From positions 57,459 through 121,458 of the forward strand of contig JAJZOG010000007.1 of assembly GCA_021811585.1 (NCBI GenBank): 64,000 nucleotides of DNA, given 5' to 3'. Positions 19,786-29,534 of this stretch are shown piece after piece. Source of the DNA: a bacterium. GTDB lineage: Bacteria > Patescibacteriota > Doudnabacteria > UBA920 > VMFF01. A model generated the notes under the pieces. The model was not told where the DNA came from and did not search any database. It saw nothing but the letters and a program-made list of their open reading frames with translations. The first letter of the stretch is position 1. The number at the start of each line of letters is the position of its first letter. A program made the position numbers and the translations under genes.

Positions 19786-21099
19786 GTGAAATCAAAAATT
19801 ATTTTTCGCTGCGAATCCTGCGGCGCGCAATACCCGCGCTGGCAGGGGAAATGCACCCAGTGCGGCGCCTGGGATACTTTGGCGGAAACCAAAGATTTTT
19901 CAACTGTTTCCAAGGCGGCAGCGGCACAATTTCAGCTTCTTGCAGACGTTGATAATAAAAAAACCGCGCGCCTGCCCTCGGGAATCTCCGAATTCGACGA
20001 GGTTTTGGGCGGGGGAATTGTTGCCGGCTCGTTAATATTGCTTGGCGGCGATCCCGGCATAGGCAAATCAACTTTGGCGCTGGAAATAGCGGAAAAATCC
20101 GGGCTGAAAGTTTTGTATGTTTCCGGAGAAGAATCTTTACACCAGCTGAAAATTCGCGCAAGCAGGATAGCATCCTCGGAAAATATTTTTGCAGCGTCGG
20201 AAACCGGCCTGGAAGCGATTATTGCCGCGATATCTTCGCTGGAACCGCAGCTTGTTATTTTGGATTCCATCCAAACGATTTACAGCGAAAGCGCAAGCGG
20301 CGTGGCAGGAAGCGTTGCGCAGGTTTCCTATGCCATGCAAAATATAATGCATTTGGCAAAAGGGAAGCATATTTCATTTTTGATTATCGGGCATGTCACA
20401 AAAGAGGGCTACTTGGCAGGGCCAAAGACCCTGGAGCACATGGTGGATACTGTTTTGTATTTGGAAGGTGAGCGGTTTGCGGCTTTGCGCATTTTGCGAT
20501 CCGTGAAAAACAGATTTGGCGCCAGCAATGAAGTGGCTGTTTTTGAAATGAATTCCAAAGGGCTCTTCGCGGTAAAAAATCCGTCTGAAATTTTTATCCA
20601 GGAAACAGGGGGCAAATCGTCCGGCAATATCGCGACTGCCGTGATGGAAGGCAGCAGGCCGATTTTGCTGGAAATTCAGGCGCTCACTTCAAAAACCGGC
20701 TTCGGATATCCCAAAAGGACGGTTTCCGGTTATGACCTTAACCGTTTGCAATTGATTGCCGCGATAATAGGCAAGCGGCTGGGTGTTAATTTGTCGGATC
20801 AGGATATTTATGTGAATGTTGTTGGGGGCATGAAAATTTCCGATCCCGCCGCTGATCTTGCCGTTGCCTTGGCAATAATTTCCAGCGTCAAAGACAAGGC
20901 GCTTGGAAATATTTTGGCAATAGGGGAGCTTGGGCTTTCTGGCGAAGTGCGCATGGTTGCCAATTTGGAAAAGCGCGTTCGCGAAGCCGCGAAATTCGGC
21001 TTTGAAAAAATCGTTTTGCCGGGATCAAAAATTGCCGCGGAGAAAGAGGATCTTTTAAAAGTGAAGACCCTGAAAGATGCCGCAAGATTGATGCTTTAG
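19786..21099 (+). CDS. radA: DNA repair protein RadA/Sms
   Basis: C4 zinc finger (CESC...CTQC), GDPGIGKST, KNRFG motif, Lon-like C-terminal domain. Confidence 0.96.
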   Translation: MKSKIIFRCESCGAQYPRWQGKCTQCGAWDTLAETKDFSTVSKAAAAQFQLLADVDNKKTARLPSGISEFDEVLGGGIVAGSLILLGGDPGIGKSTLALEIAEKSGLKVLYVSGEESLHQLKIRASRIASSENIFAASETGLEAIIAAISSLEPQLVILDSIQTIYSESASGVAGSVAQVSYAMQNIMHLAKGKHISFLIIGHVTKEGYLAGPKTLEHMVDTVLYLEGERFAALRILRSVKNRFGASNEVAVFEMNSKGLFAVKNPSEIFIQETGGKSSGNIATAVMEGSRPILLEIQALTSKTGFGYPKRTVSGYDLNRLQLIAAIIGKRLGVNLSDQDIYVNVVGGMKISDPAADLAVALAIISSVKDKALGNILAIGELGLSGEVRMVANLEKRVREAAKFGFEKIVLPGSKIAAEKEDLLKVKTLKDAARLML

Positions 21100-21108
21100 A
21101 GAATTTTT

Positions 21109-23319
21109 TTATTCCAAATGTATAAGCACGTTTCGGATTCTTTTGGCAAGATAGGGATATTTTTTCAGTTCCGCATCTTCGGAGATTAATTCTTCCGCGG
21201 CTTTGCGCGCCGCCTCGGCGAGATTTTTTTCATATGCGAAATATTTGAAATATTTAAGGCCTGATTGTTCTTCGCCGAAAATATCGCCGAATCCGCGCAT
21301 TTTCAAGTCCATTTCAGCGAGTTCAAACCCGTCCGAGATTTTTTCAAAATATTGCAGGCGTTTTTTTGTTTCGCTTGCGGAATCGAAAATTTCCCCCTGT
21401 TCGGGTTTGCCATTTGCCGGTTTGGTTTTTCCGCTGCCTGCGCCGCTGCCTGCGCCGCTGCCTGTTTCCGCGGAAGGAGCGGGCGTCTCTGCCGCGCCCT
21501 GGAATAAAAAGCAATAAGATTGTTTTTCGGATCTGCCGACCCTGCCTCGCAACTGGTGCAATTGCGCCAATCCAAAGCGCGCCGCGCCTTCAATAACCAT
21601 AATGTTCGCATTAGGGACATCGACCCCGACCTCTATTACCGAGGTGCTCACAAGAATTTGGATTTTATTTTCCAGGAATTCGCGCATTATTGTTTCTTTT
21701 TCCCGAGCTTTCATTTTTCCGTGAACCAGGCCTATTTTAAATTCCGGAAAGATTTTTTGTAATAATTTTTGTTCGTTTTCCGCGGCTTTCTCGGTTGCTT
21801 TAAGATCCTCGTCTGCGGCATTTTCTTCGCTTGAAATCAGCGGAGTAACCACGAATGCCTGGCCGCCTTTTTTTATTTCCTGCCGCAAAAATGCATAAAT
21901 TTTCTGTCTGGCATTTTCGGATGCGAGCCGCGTCATGATTTGCTTGCGGCCTTGCGGTTTTTGCTTGATTTGCGAAATTTGCAAATTGCCGAGCAGTGAC
22001 ATTTGCAAGCTGAGCGGTATGGGCGTGGCGCTCATGGAAAGCAGGTGAGGCAGAGCGCCGCCGCTGTTTTTTAGCAGGTGCGCGCGCTGGCGCACGCCGA
22101 AACGGTGCTGTTCGTCTATTATTATCAGCGCCAGTTTTTTGAATTCCACGTTTTTTTGGAGAATCGCGTGCGTGCTAATTACGAATTGGCCGAAATTTTT
22201 ATCGTGCGCGATTTCTTCCAACACTTCTTTTTTGCTTGCGCGGACTCCGTTTATGAGCGTTGTTTGCGAAGTGAGCAGGATCAGGCATATGTAAGGATAA
22301 TTTTCAAATTGCGCGAGCGCATTTTTATAATGCTGCATTGCGAGAATTTCAGTAGGGCAGAGCATGGCTGCCTGGAATCCCGCATCTAATGCTTCGAGCG
22401 CGGCGGCAAAAGCAACAAGCGTTTTCCCCGAACCAACATCGCCCTCAAGGAGGCGGCTTGCCGGAACGCTTTTGCCCAAATCCTGTAAAATATCGCGAAT
22501 TGCCTGGTCCTGGCTGCCGGTTATTTGGAACGGAAGGTTTGAAATAAACCCTTGGATTAAATTTTTATTAAGCGGAATTGCGAAAGATTTTTGTTTTTCC
22601 GCGTTTCTTTTTTGTTTTTGGAGCGCCAGTTGGATTTCAAATATCTCTTCAAATGCAAACCGCTTTTTCGCTTGCCCGAGTTTTGCCGCATCTTCGGGAA
22701 AATGCAAATTTTTGATTGCCTCGCGCGCGCCAGGAAAACCGTTCTGCTTTATAATTTTTTCAGGCAGATATTCTTTAATTTCTCCGCCTGCGGAGCGCAG
22801 GATTTTAAAAATGGCATTGCGTAAGGTGCGTTGCGCGAGCTTTGCCGTTGTTTTATAAATGGGAATGATCCTGCCGGTGTGGATTCTCTGCCCGGCGCTT
22901 CCTGCCGCTTCCGCGGCCTCATAAATGGGATTTTGAAATTGCAGGCCCTTGTATTGCCTTGGCGTGCCTGAAAAAAATACTGTTTCTCCTTTTGCCAGGA
23001 CATCGGCAATATACGGCTGGTTGAACCAGACAATTTTTATTGAACCGCTTTCATCCGAAACAACGGCTTCGGCGCGCGGGCGGAATCCGCGAAAACCGCG
23101 CACCGCCCGTATTTGGTTTACAACGGCTTTAATGCTTGCGGGTTGCCCTTCGCGCAAACCGGAAATTTTTACAATGTTTGAAAAATCCTCGTGCCTGCCC
23201 GGAAAATAAAAAAGCAAATCGGAAACCGTGCTGATTCCCAATTTGCCCATCTCTTTTATAACAGCCGGCCGTATTTCAAATTTTTTTGCCGCTGATTCGA
23301 TTGGACAATTTATATCCAT
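21109..23319 (-). CDS. recG: ATP-dependent DNA helicase RecG
   Basis: EGDVGSGKT, DEQHRFGV, SATPIP, QLRGRVGR, DLKMRGFG. Confidence 0.96.
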   Translation of the reverse strand: MDINCPIESAAKKFEIRPAVIKEMGKLGISTVSDLLFYFPGRHEDFSNIVKISGLREGQPASIKAVVNQIRAVRGFRGFRPRAEAVVSDESGSIKIVWFNQPYIADVLAKGETVFFSGTPRQYKGLQFQNPIYEAAEAAGSAGQRIHTGRIIPIYKTTAKLAQRTLRNAIFKILRSAGGEIKEYLPEKIIKQNGFPGAREAIKNLHFPEDAAKLGQAKKRFAFEEIFEIQLALQKQKRNAEKQKSFAIPLNKNLIQGFISNLPFQITGSQDQAIRDILQDLGKSVPASRLLEGDVGSGKTLVAFAAALEALDAGFQAAMLCPTEILAMQHYKNALAQFENYPYICLILLTSQTTLINGVRASKKEVLEEIAHDKNFGQFVISTHAILQKNVEFKKLALIIIDEQHRFGVRQRAHLLKNSGGALPHLLSMSATPIPLSLQMSLLGNLQISQIKQKPQGRKQIMTRLASENARQKIYAFLRQEIKKGGQAFVVTPLISSEENAADEDLKATEKAAENEQKLLQKIFPEFKIGLVHGKMKAREKETIMREFLENKIQILVSTSVIEVGVDVPNANIMVIEGAARFGLAQLHQLRGRVGRSEKQSYCFLFQGAAETPAPSAETGSGAGSGAGSGKTKPANGKPEQGEIFDSASETKKRLQYFEKISDGFELAEMDLKMRGFGDIFGEEQSGLKYFKYFAYEKNLAEAARKAAEELISEDAELKKYPYLAKRIRNVLIHLE

Positions 23320-23337
23320 GTGCCCGTAAATGCAATA

Positions 23338-23415
23338 TGGTGACCTCGACAGGATTCGAACCTGTGACCTTCAGCTCCGCAAGCTGACGCTCTAATCCAA
23401 CTGAGCTACGAGGCC
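23338..23415 (-). tRNA. tRNA-Arg (anticodon GCG), CCA encoded
   Basis: Cloverleaf GGCCTCG/CGAGGTC-A-CCA, anticodon arm TCAGC-TTGCGGA-GCTGA, T-loop GGTTCGAATCC. Confidence 0.95.
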
Positions 23416-23464
23416 TTGTTAATTTTGCCGCTGCACTGCGCGCCGTGCGCATCCAAACCCGAAG

Positions 23465-23962
23465 TTAAAATCTTAATATTCTCGCGATAATTTCAGTGAC
23501 GGTTTCTTCGTCGTGGTTGCCTTCGGGCAAATGCGCGGCAAGGAATTTATGCACGTCTTCCACGTTTATTTCGTCGTGCATTAAAATGACGATAACGCGA
23601 TTGAGATATGCTGTTGTTTCCAGGTGAATGCTGCGCGAATACTGCTTGTCCACTATCCAGAATTTTTTAAGCTGGGTGTATGGAAAAAATTCTTCGCCAA
23701 CGGTGACGCCCTTTTTGCTTAAAGTGATTAGTACTTCCCCGGGCTTGCGCCGTGCATAAAGGTATGCGGCAACGCTTAGAAAAACCCAGAAAAACGCTCC
23801 GAAATAATCTCTGGTAAAGAGGTAATAGGCGACAAGCATTATTGCTATTGCAGCAAAGGTGACATACCAGCCAATGCCTTTTTCATGGTGTTCGAATTCT
23901 AAAGCATGCCATTGCAGGATTTCGCGGTTTTGGCCGGAGCTGTTTTGATTTGTATTTGCCAT
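23465..23962 (-). CDS. Hypothetical membrane protein (two TM plus small PH-like domain)
   Basis: W.A.EFEHHEK...WY N-terminal pattern, two TM helices, beta-rich C-terminus. Confidence 0.7.
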   Translation of the reverse strand: MANTNQNSSGQNREILQWHALEFEHHEKGIGWYVTFAAIAIMLVAYYLFTRDYFGAFFWVFLSVAAYLYARRKPGEVLITLSKKGVTVGEEFFPYTQLKKFWIVDKQYSRSIHLETTAYLNRVIVILMHDEINVEDVHKFLAAHLPEGNHDEETVTEIIARILRF

Positions 23963-23989
23963 TATTTTTTTATTTTTCCGGTTTATTTT

Positions 23990-24078
23990 TGGCGGTGGGG
24001 GTGGGATTCGAACCCACGGTGCCTTTTGGACACACTGGTTTTCAAGACCAGCTCGATAGACCGCTCCGACACCCCACC
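23990..24078 (-). tRNA. tRNA-Ser (anticodon TGA), CCA encoded
   Basis: GGTGGGG/CCCCACC-G-CCA, anticodon arm CTGGT-CTTGAAA-ACCAG, long variable arm. Confidence 0.95.
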
Positions 24079-24229
24079 AGTGTGGCCGAAGCGCCCCGGG
24101 ATGTTTAATGTTTGCTTCTATATTTTACCATATGCTACGTGTTTGCCGCAAATTATGCTTTTGGCAAATTTAAAAAGCCATACTGCAATATATGGCTTTT
24201 TAATAGAGCAAAAACTCTTTGCCTTTTAT

Positions 24230-25342
24230 TTAAAATCCTACTGCCGGTTCTGGAATAAATCCGCCAAAAGTATCATTAGGTTTTGCGGGGATTGGGGCTT
24301 GCTGCGCATTTTGGTTGTTTTGGGATGCTTTGGGCGTGCCGTCTTGCTGATTGGCATCATTGCTTTCCGGGTTTTCCGCTGCTGGTTTTTCTTCCGGCAA
24401 TACGGTAATGCTTTCCGCAATATTTTTATCGTCTTCAGTGTGGCCGGTCAGCGTTATTGCTTGGTCTGCATGCAAATCCGATAAGTTTATGGCATTGCCG
24501 TTCGCATCTGTGATCTTCGTATCCGAAGTTATTTCGAAAACATTGGAATCAATTGAAATGGTATTTTCTCCCGTTGTTTTTATTTTGCCCGAAACGTCAA
24601 TTTTAGCCGATTGGATTTTCGCGCTGTCCTGTTCATTTACCGCCGCCGAGACAATATTTTTTATTTCCTGCATATTATTTTGGATGGATTGCCTTGCGGA
24701 AGGATCTGTTTTTGCGACTAAATTTGAGCTTTCATTGGCAAGCTGTTCGGCATTGCTTATGATTGCGGGGTTTTTTACTGCCTCTGAAGAAGCAATTGAT
24801 TTTACATTGTTAAGCGCGGCTTCTGTTTGGTTGCTTGCTTCGGAGAGCGCGGCCTGCGCCTGGGCGGAATCGTTTTGCAAGACCGCCTGTTTTGCGCCGT
24901 TAACTGTATTAAGCGCGAATGTTAATTGCATTTCCGCGCGTTTTTCAGGATTGGATGTGAGTCTAATTTGTGCCAGCTCTATATTCCTTTTAATGAAGAA
25001 TAATTTGCTTCCTGGCAAGCTGTTCATTGCCGCTTGCACTGTGCCGGCAACAGCGATAAATGCAACCGCTGCCATTACGGCATAAGAAACGCGCATTGAT
25101 TTGAAAAATGCCAGGATTCTCGTCGGCATAATTGTCGCCGGCTCGTAATCCGCATACAATTTGCGCTTTGTGGGTATCGGCACCTCTTTGGCCTTAATGG
25201 AAGCGAGTTTTAAAGCGGTCTGCACGGCAAATACGACTTCAGCCCGTTTTTGCGGCGGACAAAGTGAAAGAAGAGCGGAGATATCTTCGCCTAAAAGCGA
25301 TTGTTTTATTGCTTTGTCTATAAGTTCTTCAATGTTCGGCAT
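24230..25342 (-). CDS. Putative anti-sigma factor (single TM, DUF5667-like helical domain, DUF5666-like OB domain)
   Basis: Overlaps the ECF sigma stop; SLPGSKLFFIKR motif after the TM; C-terminal beta domain. Confidence 0.7.
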   Translation of the reverse strand: MPNIEELIDKAIKQSLLGEDISALLSLCPPQKRAEVVFAVQTALKLASIKAKEVPIPTKRKLYADYEPATIMPTRILAFFKSMRVSYAVMAAVAFIAVAGTVQAAMNSLPGSKLFFIKRNIELAQIRLTSNPEKRAEMQLTFALNTVNGAKQAVLQNDSAQAQAALSEASNQTEAALNNVKSIASSEAVKNPAIISNAEQLANESSNLVAKTDPSARQSIQNNMQEIKNIVSAAVNEQDSAKIQSAKIDVSGKIKTTGENTISIDSNVFEITSDTKITDANGNAINLSDLHADQAITLTGHTEDDKNIAESITVLPEEKPAAENPESNDANQQDGTPKASQNNQNAQQAPIPAKPNDTFGGFIPEPAVGF

Positions 25343-25934
25343 TTGCGCTTTTAAATATTTTTTCCGGCAGGTTTTTCTCGCCGTATAATTTTTGCAGATT
25401 TTGAATTGCCCTGTGCTGGAGAACTCGGATGGCGCCTTCTTTTTTTGCTATCAGTTCCGCGATTTCGGAATTTTCAAGCCCTTCGATGAATTTCAGCTGA
25501 ATAACAATTTGCTGTTCCGGCGGGAGTTTTCTGACAGCATCCAAAAGAATTTTTTGGTCAAACTGCAGATTGGCGTTTTCAATAATGTTTTCTTCCGCTT
25601 CAAGTATGTTTTCAACTTCGGAAATATCAACGGTGCTTTTATTTTGCCTGTAATGGTCTATAATGCGGTTTTTGGCAATGGAGTAAAGCCATCCGCCAAA
25701 CGAATCGTCGCCAACGTTCCTGATCTTGGTCCATGCTTTTACGAAAACATCTTCGCAGAGGTCTTCGGCTGTCTCTTTATGGCTTACCCTGTAAAATATG
25801 AACTTGAAAATTTTATCAAAATAAAAGTCGTAAAGCTGGCTAAATGCCTGGGCATTTCCGTCTTTTGCTTTTGAAACAAGATATATTATTGCCGCATTAC
25901 TGGCCTTTTCCGCATTTTCCGGATTTTCAGGCAT
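25329..25934 (-). CDS. ECF RNA polymerase sigma factor
   Basis: Region 2 (AEDLCEDVFVKAW, GWLYSIAKN..IDHYR) and region 4 HTH (EIAELI...GAIRVLQHRA). Confidence 0.93.
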   Translation of the reverse strand: MPENPENAEKASNAAIIYLVSKAKDGNAQAFSQLYDFYFDKIFKFIFYRVSHKETAEDLCEDVFVKAWTKIRNVGDDSFGGWLYSIAKNRIIDHYRQNKSTVDISEVENILEAEENIIENANLQFDQKILLDAVRKLPPEQQIVIQLKFIEGLENSEIAELIAKKEGAIRVLQHRAIQNLQKLYGEKNLPEKIFKSANAEH

Positions 25935-25953
25935 CTTTATGGTGCTACCTTTA

Positions 25954-25980
25954 TAGACGTTAATTATTAGGAATTGTTAC
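25954..25980 (-). promoter_or_regulatory. Putative autoregulatory ECF promoter
   Basis: GTAAC-N16-CGTCTA, 20 bp upstream of the sigma ATG; matches the AAC/CGT ECF consensus. Confidence 0.65.
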
Positions 25981-26106
25981 GTTTATATTAAATTTTTTCC
26001 TCAAAGTTAAGGTATTATAACATAAAGCATGATTTTTGGCGTACTTTTCCAGTTTACACAGGCCGCCTAAAATTGATACTCTTTTTATAATAGTAATATT
26101 TCGAAA

Positions 26107-26358
26107 ATGAAATTTAAAGACAAGGTACTATTGGCAGTCAGCAGGATTCCGAAAGGCAAAACCTCAACGTATAAGGAAATTGCCGCGCGCGCGGGCAGGC
26201 CTTTGGCATATCGCGCGGTAGGAAATATTTTGAGTCGAAATTATGATTTGAAAATACCTTGCCACCGCGTTGTGCGCAGCAACGGCCAGCCGGGAGGATA
26301 TAATAGGGGCGCAGAGCGGAAAATTTTGGTACTTAAAAAAGAGGGAGTGCGCTTGTGA
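26107..26358 (+). CDS. Single-domain methylated-DNA-protein-cysteine methyltransferase (MGMT/Ogt family)
   Basis: IPKGKTSTY, RAVG, active-site PCHRV. Confidence 0.9.
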   Translation: MKFKDKVLLAVSRIPKGKTSTYKEIAARAGRPLAYRAVGNILSRNYDLKIPCHRVVRSNGQPGGYNRGAERKILVLKKEGVRL

Positions 26359-26578
26359 ATTTTAGGTATTTAATTGCCATTTTGTTGCCGAAAGAATTCG
26401 CTTTGCGGATCGCAGAAATCCAGCAGGCGCATAAAACTCCAGGATGGATGAAATGCAGGCAAAATTGAAAAATGAATTTAAAAATTTTTCATTTCAGTGC
26501 AATAATTTCTCATTGCTTACCAAAGAGCCTAAAAATCAAAAATGGCTGGAAATAGAAACAATTTTATTGCAATTTTAA
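26355..26578 (+). pseudogene. Internally deleted remnant resembling a 2'-5' RNA ligase (2H phosphoesterase) gene
   Basis: GTGA overlap start, N-terminus RYLIAILLPKEFALRIAEIQQ, frameshifted junction near GGATGGATG, C-terminus FSFQCNNFSLL...KWLEIETILL. No HxT motifs remain. Confidence 0.4.
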
Positions 26579-27105
26579 TTTCGGCGGTTTTCATATTGAT
26601 TGCTTTGGCGGCAACCGCTATATTTAAAGCAAAGGCGCCCCAAAGCGCAATTAACCGGGAATTTATGCAAATTACATCTTCATCTTTTAAGAATAGCCAA
26701 CCTATTCCTGAAAAATTTACTTGCGATGGCGAGGATATTAATCCCGAATTGGCGTTTGCGGATGTTCCTGCAAATGCGCAAAGTTTGGCGCTCATAGTGC
26801 ACGATCCGGATGCGCCTTCCGGCGATTTTACGCACTGGACTGTTTGGAATATTGTGCCGGATATTTCCGGCATCGCGGAAAACTCGGCACCGCAAGGCGC
26901 GGTGCAAGGGGTTACGGATTTCGGGCGCACGGGATACAGCGGCCCGTGCCCGCATAACGGCAGCCATCATTATCATTTTACCTTGTATGCGCTTGATACG
27001 GTTTTGGATCTGGGTGCCTCTGCCACAAAATTGGATATAGAAGAAGCTATGGACGGGCATGTTTTGGCAAAAGCGGAGTTAATAGGAGTTTATGAAAAAA
27101 AGTAG
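26542..27105 (+). CDS. YbhB/YbcL (PEBP) family protein with N-terminal anchor
   Basis: TCDGEDINP, HDPDAP, FTHW, GPCP, HHYHF. Confidence 0.92.
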   Translation: MAGNRNNFIAILISAVFILIALAATAIFKAKAPQSAINREFMQITSSSFKNSQPIPEKFTCDGEDINPELAFADVPANAQSLALIVHDPDAPSGDFTHWTVWNIVPDISGIAENSAPQGAVQGVTDFGRTGYSGPCPHNGSHHYHFTLYALDTVLDLGASATKLDIEEAMDGHVLAKAELIGVYEKK

Positions 27106-27201
27106 TAGGATATTGGGATTAATGACAGGCAACGCAAGAAAATAGCGGATGGCTTTTTCCAAATTTTGCATTTAATAATTAATTAATAAAAACAAAATAA
27201 A

Positions 27202-27495
27202 ATGCCGGAACAATTCGATAGAATTAAAGGAGAAAGCAAAAAAATGAGGCAAGCCATAAAACAACAGACAATTGGTTATATTACCGCGGCTTTGGGGCTG
27301 GTTGCGGGCCTTGCTTGGAACCAGGCAATTCAGGCGTTAATCAATCATTTTTATCCCAACGCAAATAAATCCATAACCGCGCAATTCATCTACGCCGTGA
27401 TCATAACAATCGTGGTTGTGCTTCTGACAACTTATATGGTTGGGATTTTTCAGAAAGAAGAAAATGCGCAGGAGCACGAGGGGCAGGAGAAATAA
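27202..27495 (+). CDS. Small two-TM membrane protein (DUF5654-like)
   Basis: AALGLVAGLAWNQAI ... YAVIITIVVV pattern. Confidence 0.75.
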   Translation: MPEQFDRIKGESKKMRQAIKQQTIGYITAALGLVAGLAWNQAIQALINHFYPNANKSITAQFIYAVIITIVVVLLTTYMVGIFQKEENAQEHEGQEK

Positions 27496-27496
27496 T

Positions 27497-28075
27497 TTAC
27501 GCCCGCGCAGGTGCTGTTTCGCGCTGCCAGAAAATTATGGCAATGATAATGGCATTCATCACGAAAGTGTAAATCGGGAATGCCAATAAAATCCAGTTTA
27601 AATTTTGTACCGCAAAAATCCCCGCAAGCCCCGCGAGGCAAGTTAAAAGCCAAGCGGAAAACGGCTCTGTTGCCGGATGTTCGTTTGATTTTATGATCGT
27701 GAGTATGCCGCCCGAGGCATCAATCGCAATCACGGCGAAAAGGGCGCTGGCGGCGTTTTTCGTAAAATACCACAACGCCAAACCTGCCAACACCGCGCTG
27801 AAAGCGATTTTATCGCGCGGGTGCCATCCGCCCATGCCGAATTTTATGGATAAAATGAAAATCATCGCATCACCCAAGGTTTGCATGGCAGGAAGCCACA
27901 AAGAATTTGTTGCGCCTTTTGCCAATTGGGAGAAAAAAGCTATGCTGCCGAGCATTGTCCAAATAAACCAAGATGCGCGTTCGGGTTTTGCTTTGCGGCG
28001 CAGCATGCTTGCAATGTAAGGGATAAAAGAGGCGATAACAGTTATTGCCGAAAGGTATCCAAAAAATTGGTGCAT
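27497..28075 (-). CDS. Polytopic membrane protein (PQ-loop-like)
   Basis: About six TM segments; IPYI...KP.RASWFIW and P.TEP.SAW patterns. Confidence 0.7.
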   Translation of the reverse strand: MHQFFGYLSAITVIASFIPYIASMLRRKAKPERASWFIWTMLGSIAFFSQLAKGATNSLWLPAMQTLGDAMIFILSIKFGMGGWHPRDKIAFSAVLAGLALWYFTKNAASALFAVIAIDASGGILTIIKSNEHPATEPFSAWLLTCLAGLAGIFAVQNLNWILLAFPIYTFVMNAIIIAIIFWQRETAPARA

Positions 28076-28079
28076 GGAA

Positions 28080-29372
28080 TTATCGTTTATGCCTGTGCTT
28101 AATAGGTTTTTTTAAATTGTCCGCATCCGCCATCGCCAAAACCATCCGGGGAATTGCCGCGGGATATTCTTTGCCGCGTAGAAAAATCAGCGCGAATATC
28201 AGCACGGCGAAAATTGGCAATGCGCCAATGGCTATGGTCAGCGACGGGCCTACCGCGGTAAAAAGAAATCCGCCGATAATTGGGCCAATTGCCCAGCCGA
28301 CATCTTCGGCAACAACAATCGCACCGCTTACTATGCCGTCGCTATCGTGCGAAGAATCAATCCTTTCAAGCCAGGACCAAAGCAAAACGCTGGACATTTC
28401 GTCTCCTGCGGTGGCGAGAAAACCGATAAGCAAAAATATTAAATTTAAATTAAAACCGAGCATTAAGCCCATGACAGCGAATATAAGCAGCCCCCAAAAA
28501 ATAAGCGTTTTCTTTTGGTAGCGGTCTGCCAATTTTCCAAGGCCAGCGCCCAAGACAACTGCCGCCAAATCGAAAACGCTAAGCCCAAAGGAAAGAGTAC
28601 CTGCTTTTGCCTGGGATGCGATTACAAGGGGAACCACAAACCAGATTAGCGCATAGAAAATTGCGCCCGCAAGATTTTCCAAAGCAAGTATTGTGCTTGC
28701 AGGATTCAAATTCCTCAATGCTTGTAAAGTTTTATTCAGCCAATGGCGGCGGATGTAATACGCATGATGCGGATGACTTGTTTGCCGCGCGCGGATTTCG
28801 CTTAAAGATCCGGGGTTTGTGCGCGTGCCAGAGAGGGCTATAAGCGCGGCGATGAAAATTGCGGAAAGCACTATGCCGATAACAATTATCGGGCTATGGA
28901 CAATAAAAATAAGCAGAAGAGCCGCGCAAACAATCCCAAGCGATGTGAAGGCGTGCTGAATGCCCATGTATTTCCCGCCCTCTCTTGGCGGCGCGGCTGA
29001 AAGCACATAAGCATTGATGCCGGGATTGAAAAATAACCAGCCCGCAATGCTTAGGATGATAGTAGCAATATAGATGACTGTTGAAAAAGGGAAAATAAGA
29101 ATTACCGCGCCCGCAAAAAAAGCAAAAGTGCCAATGGTCAGAAGGCGGATGTAGCCATATTTATCGAGCAGGAAACCTGCCGGGACATCAAATAAGAGCT
29201 GGATAGTGCTTGCTCCGCCAATCATAAGGCCTATAATCCACACGGGCAAAATGCGGCTTCCGAGAACCGGCAAAAGGGTGTAGTGCAATCCGGCGGCAAA
29301 TTTGAACAAAAAAATAAAAAGCCAGAACGGGAGAAGCTGTAGCCAGGAAGTGGAGGAGGATTTTTGGGGCAT
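28080..29372 (-). CDS. MFS transporter
   Basis: About 12 TM segments; motif A-like GFLLDKYG and GKLADRYQKK. Confidence 0.88.
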   Translation of the reverse strand: MPQKSSSTSWLQLLPFWLFIFLFKFAAGLHYTLLPVLGSRILPVWIIGLMIGGASTIQLLFDVPAGFLLDKYGYIRLLTIGTFAFFAGAVILIFPFSTVIYIATIILSIAGWLFFNPGINAYVLSAAPPREGGKYMGIQHAFTSLGIVCAALLLIFIVHSPIIVIGIVLSAIFIAALIALSGTRTNPGSLSEIRARQTSHPHHAYYIRRHWLNKTLQALRNLNPASTILALENLAGAIFYALIWFVVPLVIASQAKAGTLSFGLSVFDLAAVVLGAGLGKLADRYQKKTLIFWGLLIFAVMGLMLGFNLNLIFLLIGFLATAGDEMSSVLLWSWLERIDSSHDSDGIVSGAIVVAEDVGWAIGPIIGGFLFTAVGPSLTIAIGALPIFAVLIFALIFLRGKEYPAAIPRMVLAMADADNLKKPIKHRHKR

Positions 29373-29534
29373 AAAATTTTTTATCCCAACGTTGTCGGGA
29401 GATTTTGCGTAAAATTGCTGCGCAAATATGAAATTTGGCGCGTACTTTGGTTTGGTGTCGCACCTTTGAAGGTATTATAAGCAAATTTTAGAAGTTTGGG
29501 AAAAACTGGTAAAAATGGACTTTTGGAATAAGGA

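Noticed and set aside
23906-24484. ORFs spanning tRNA genes (also 38485-38748 and 38509-38847)
   Set aside because: They overlap clear tRNA cloverleafs and neighbouring genes; spurious.
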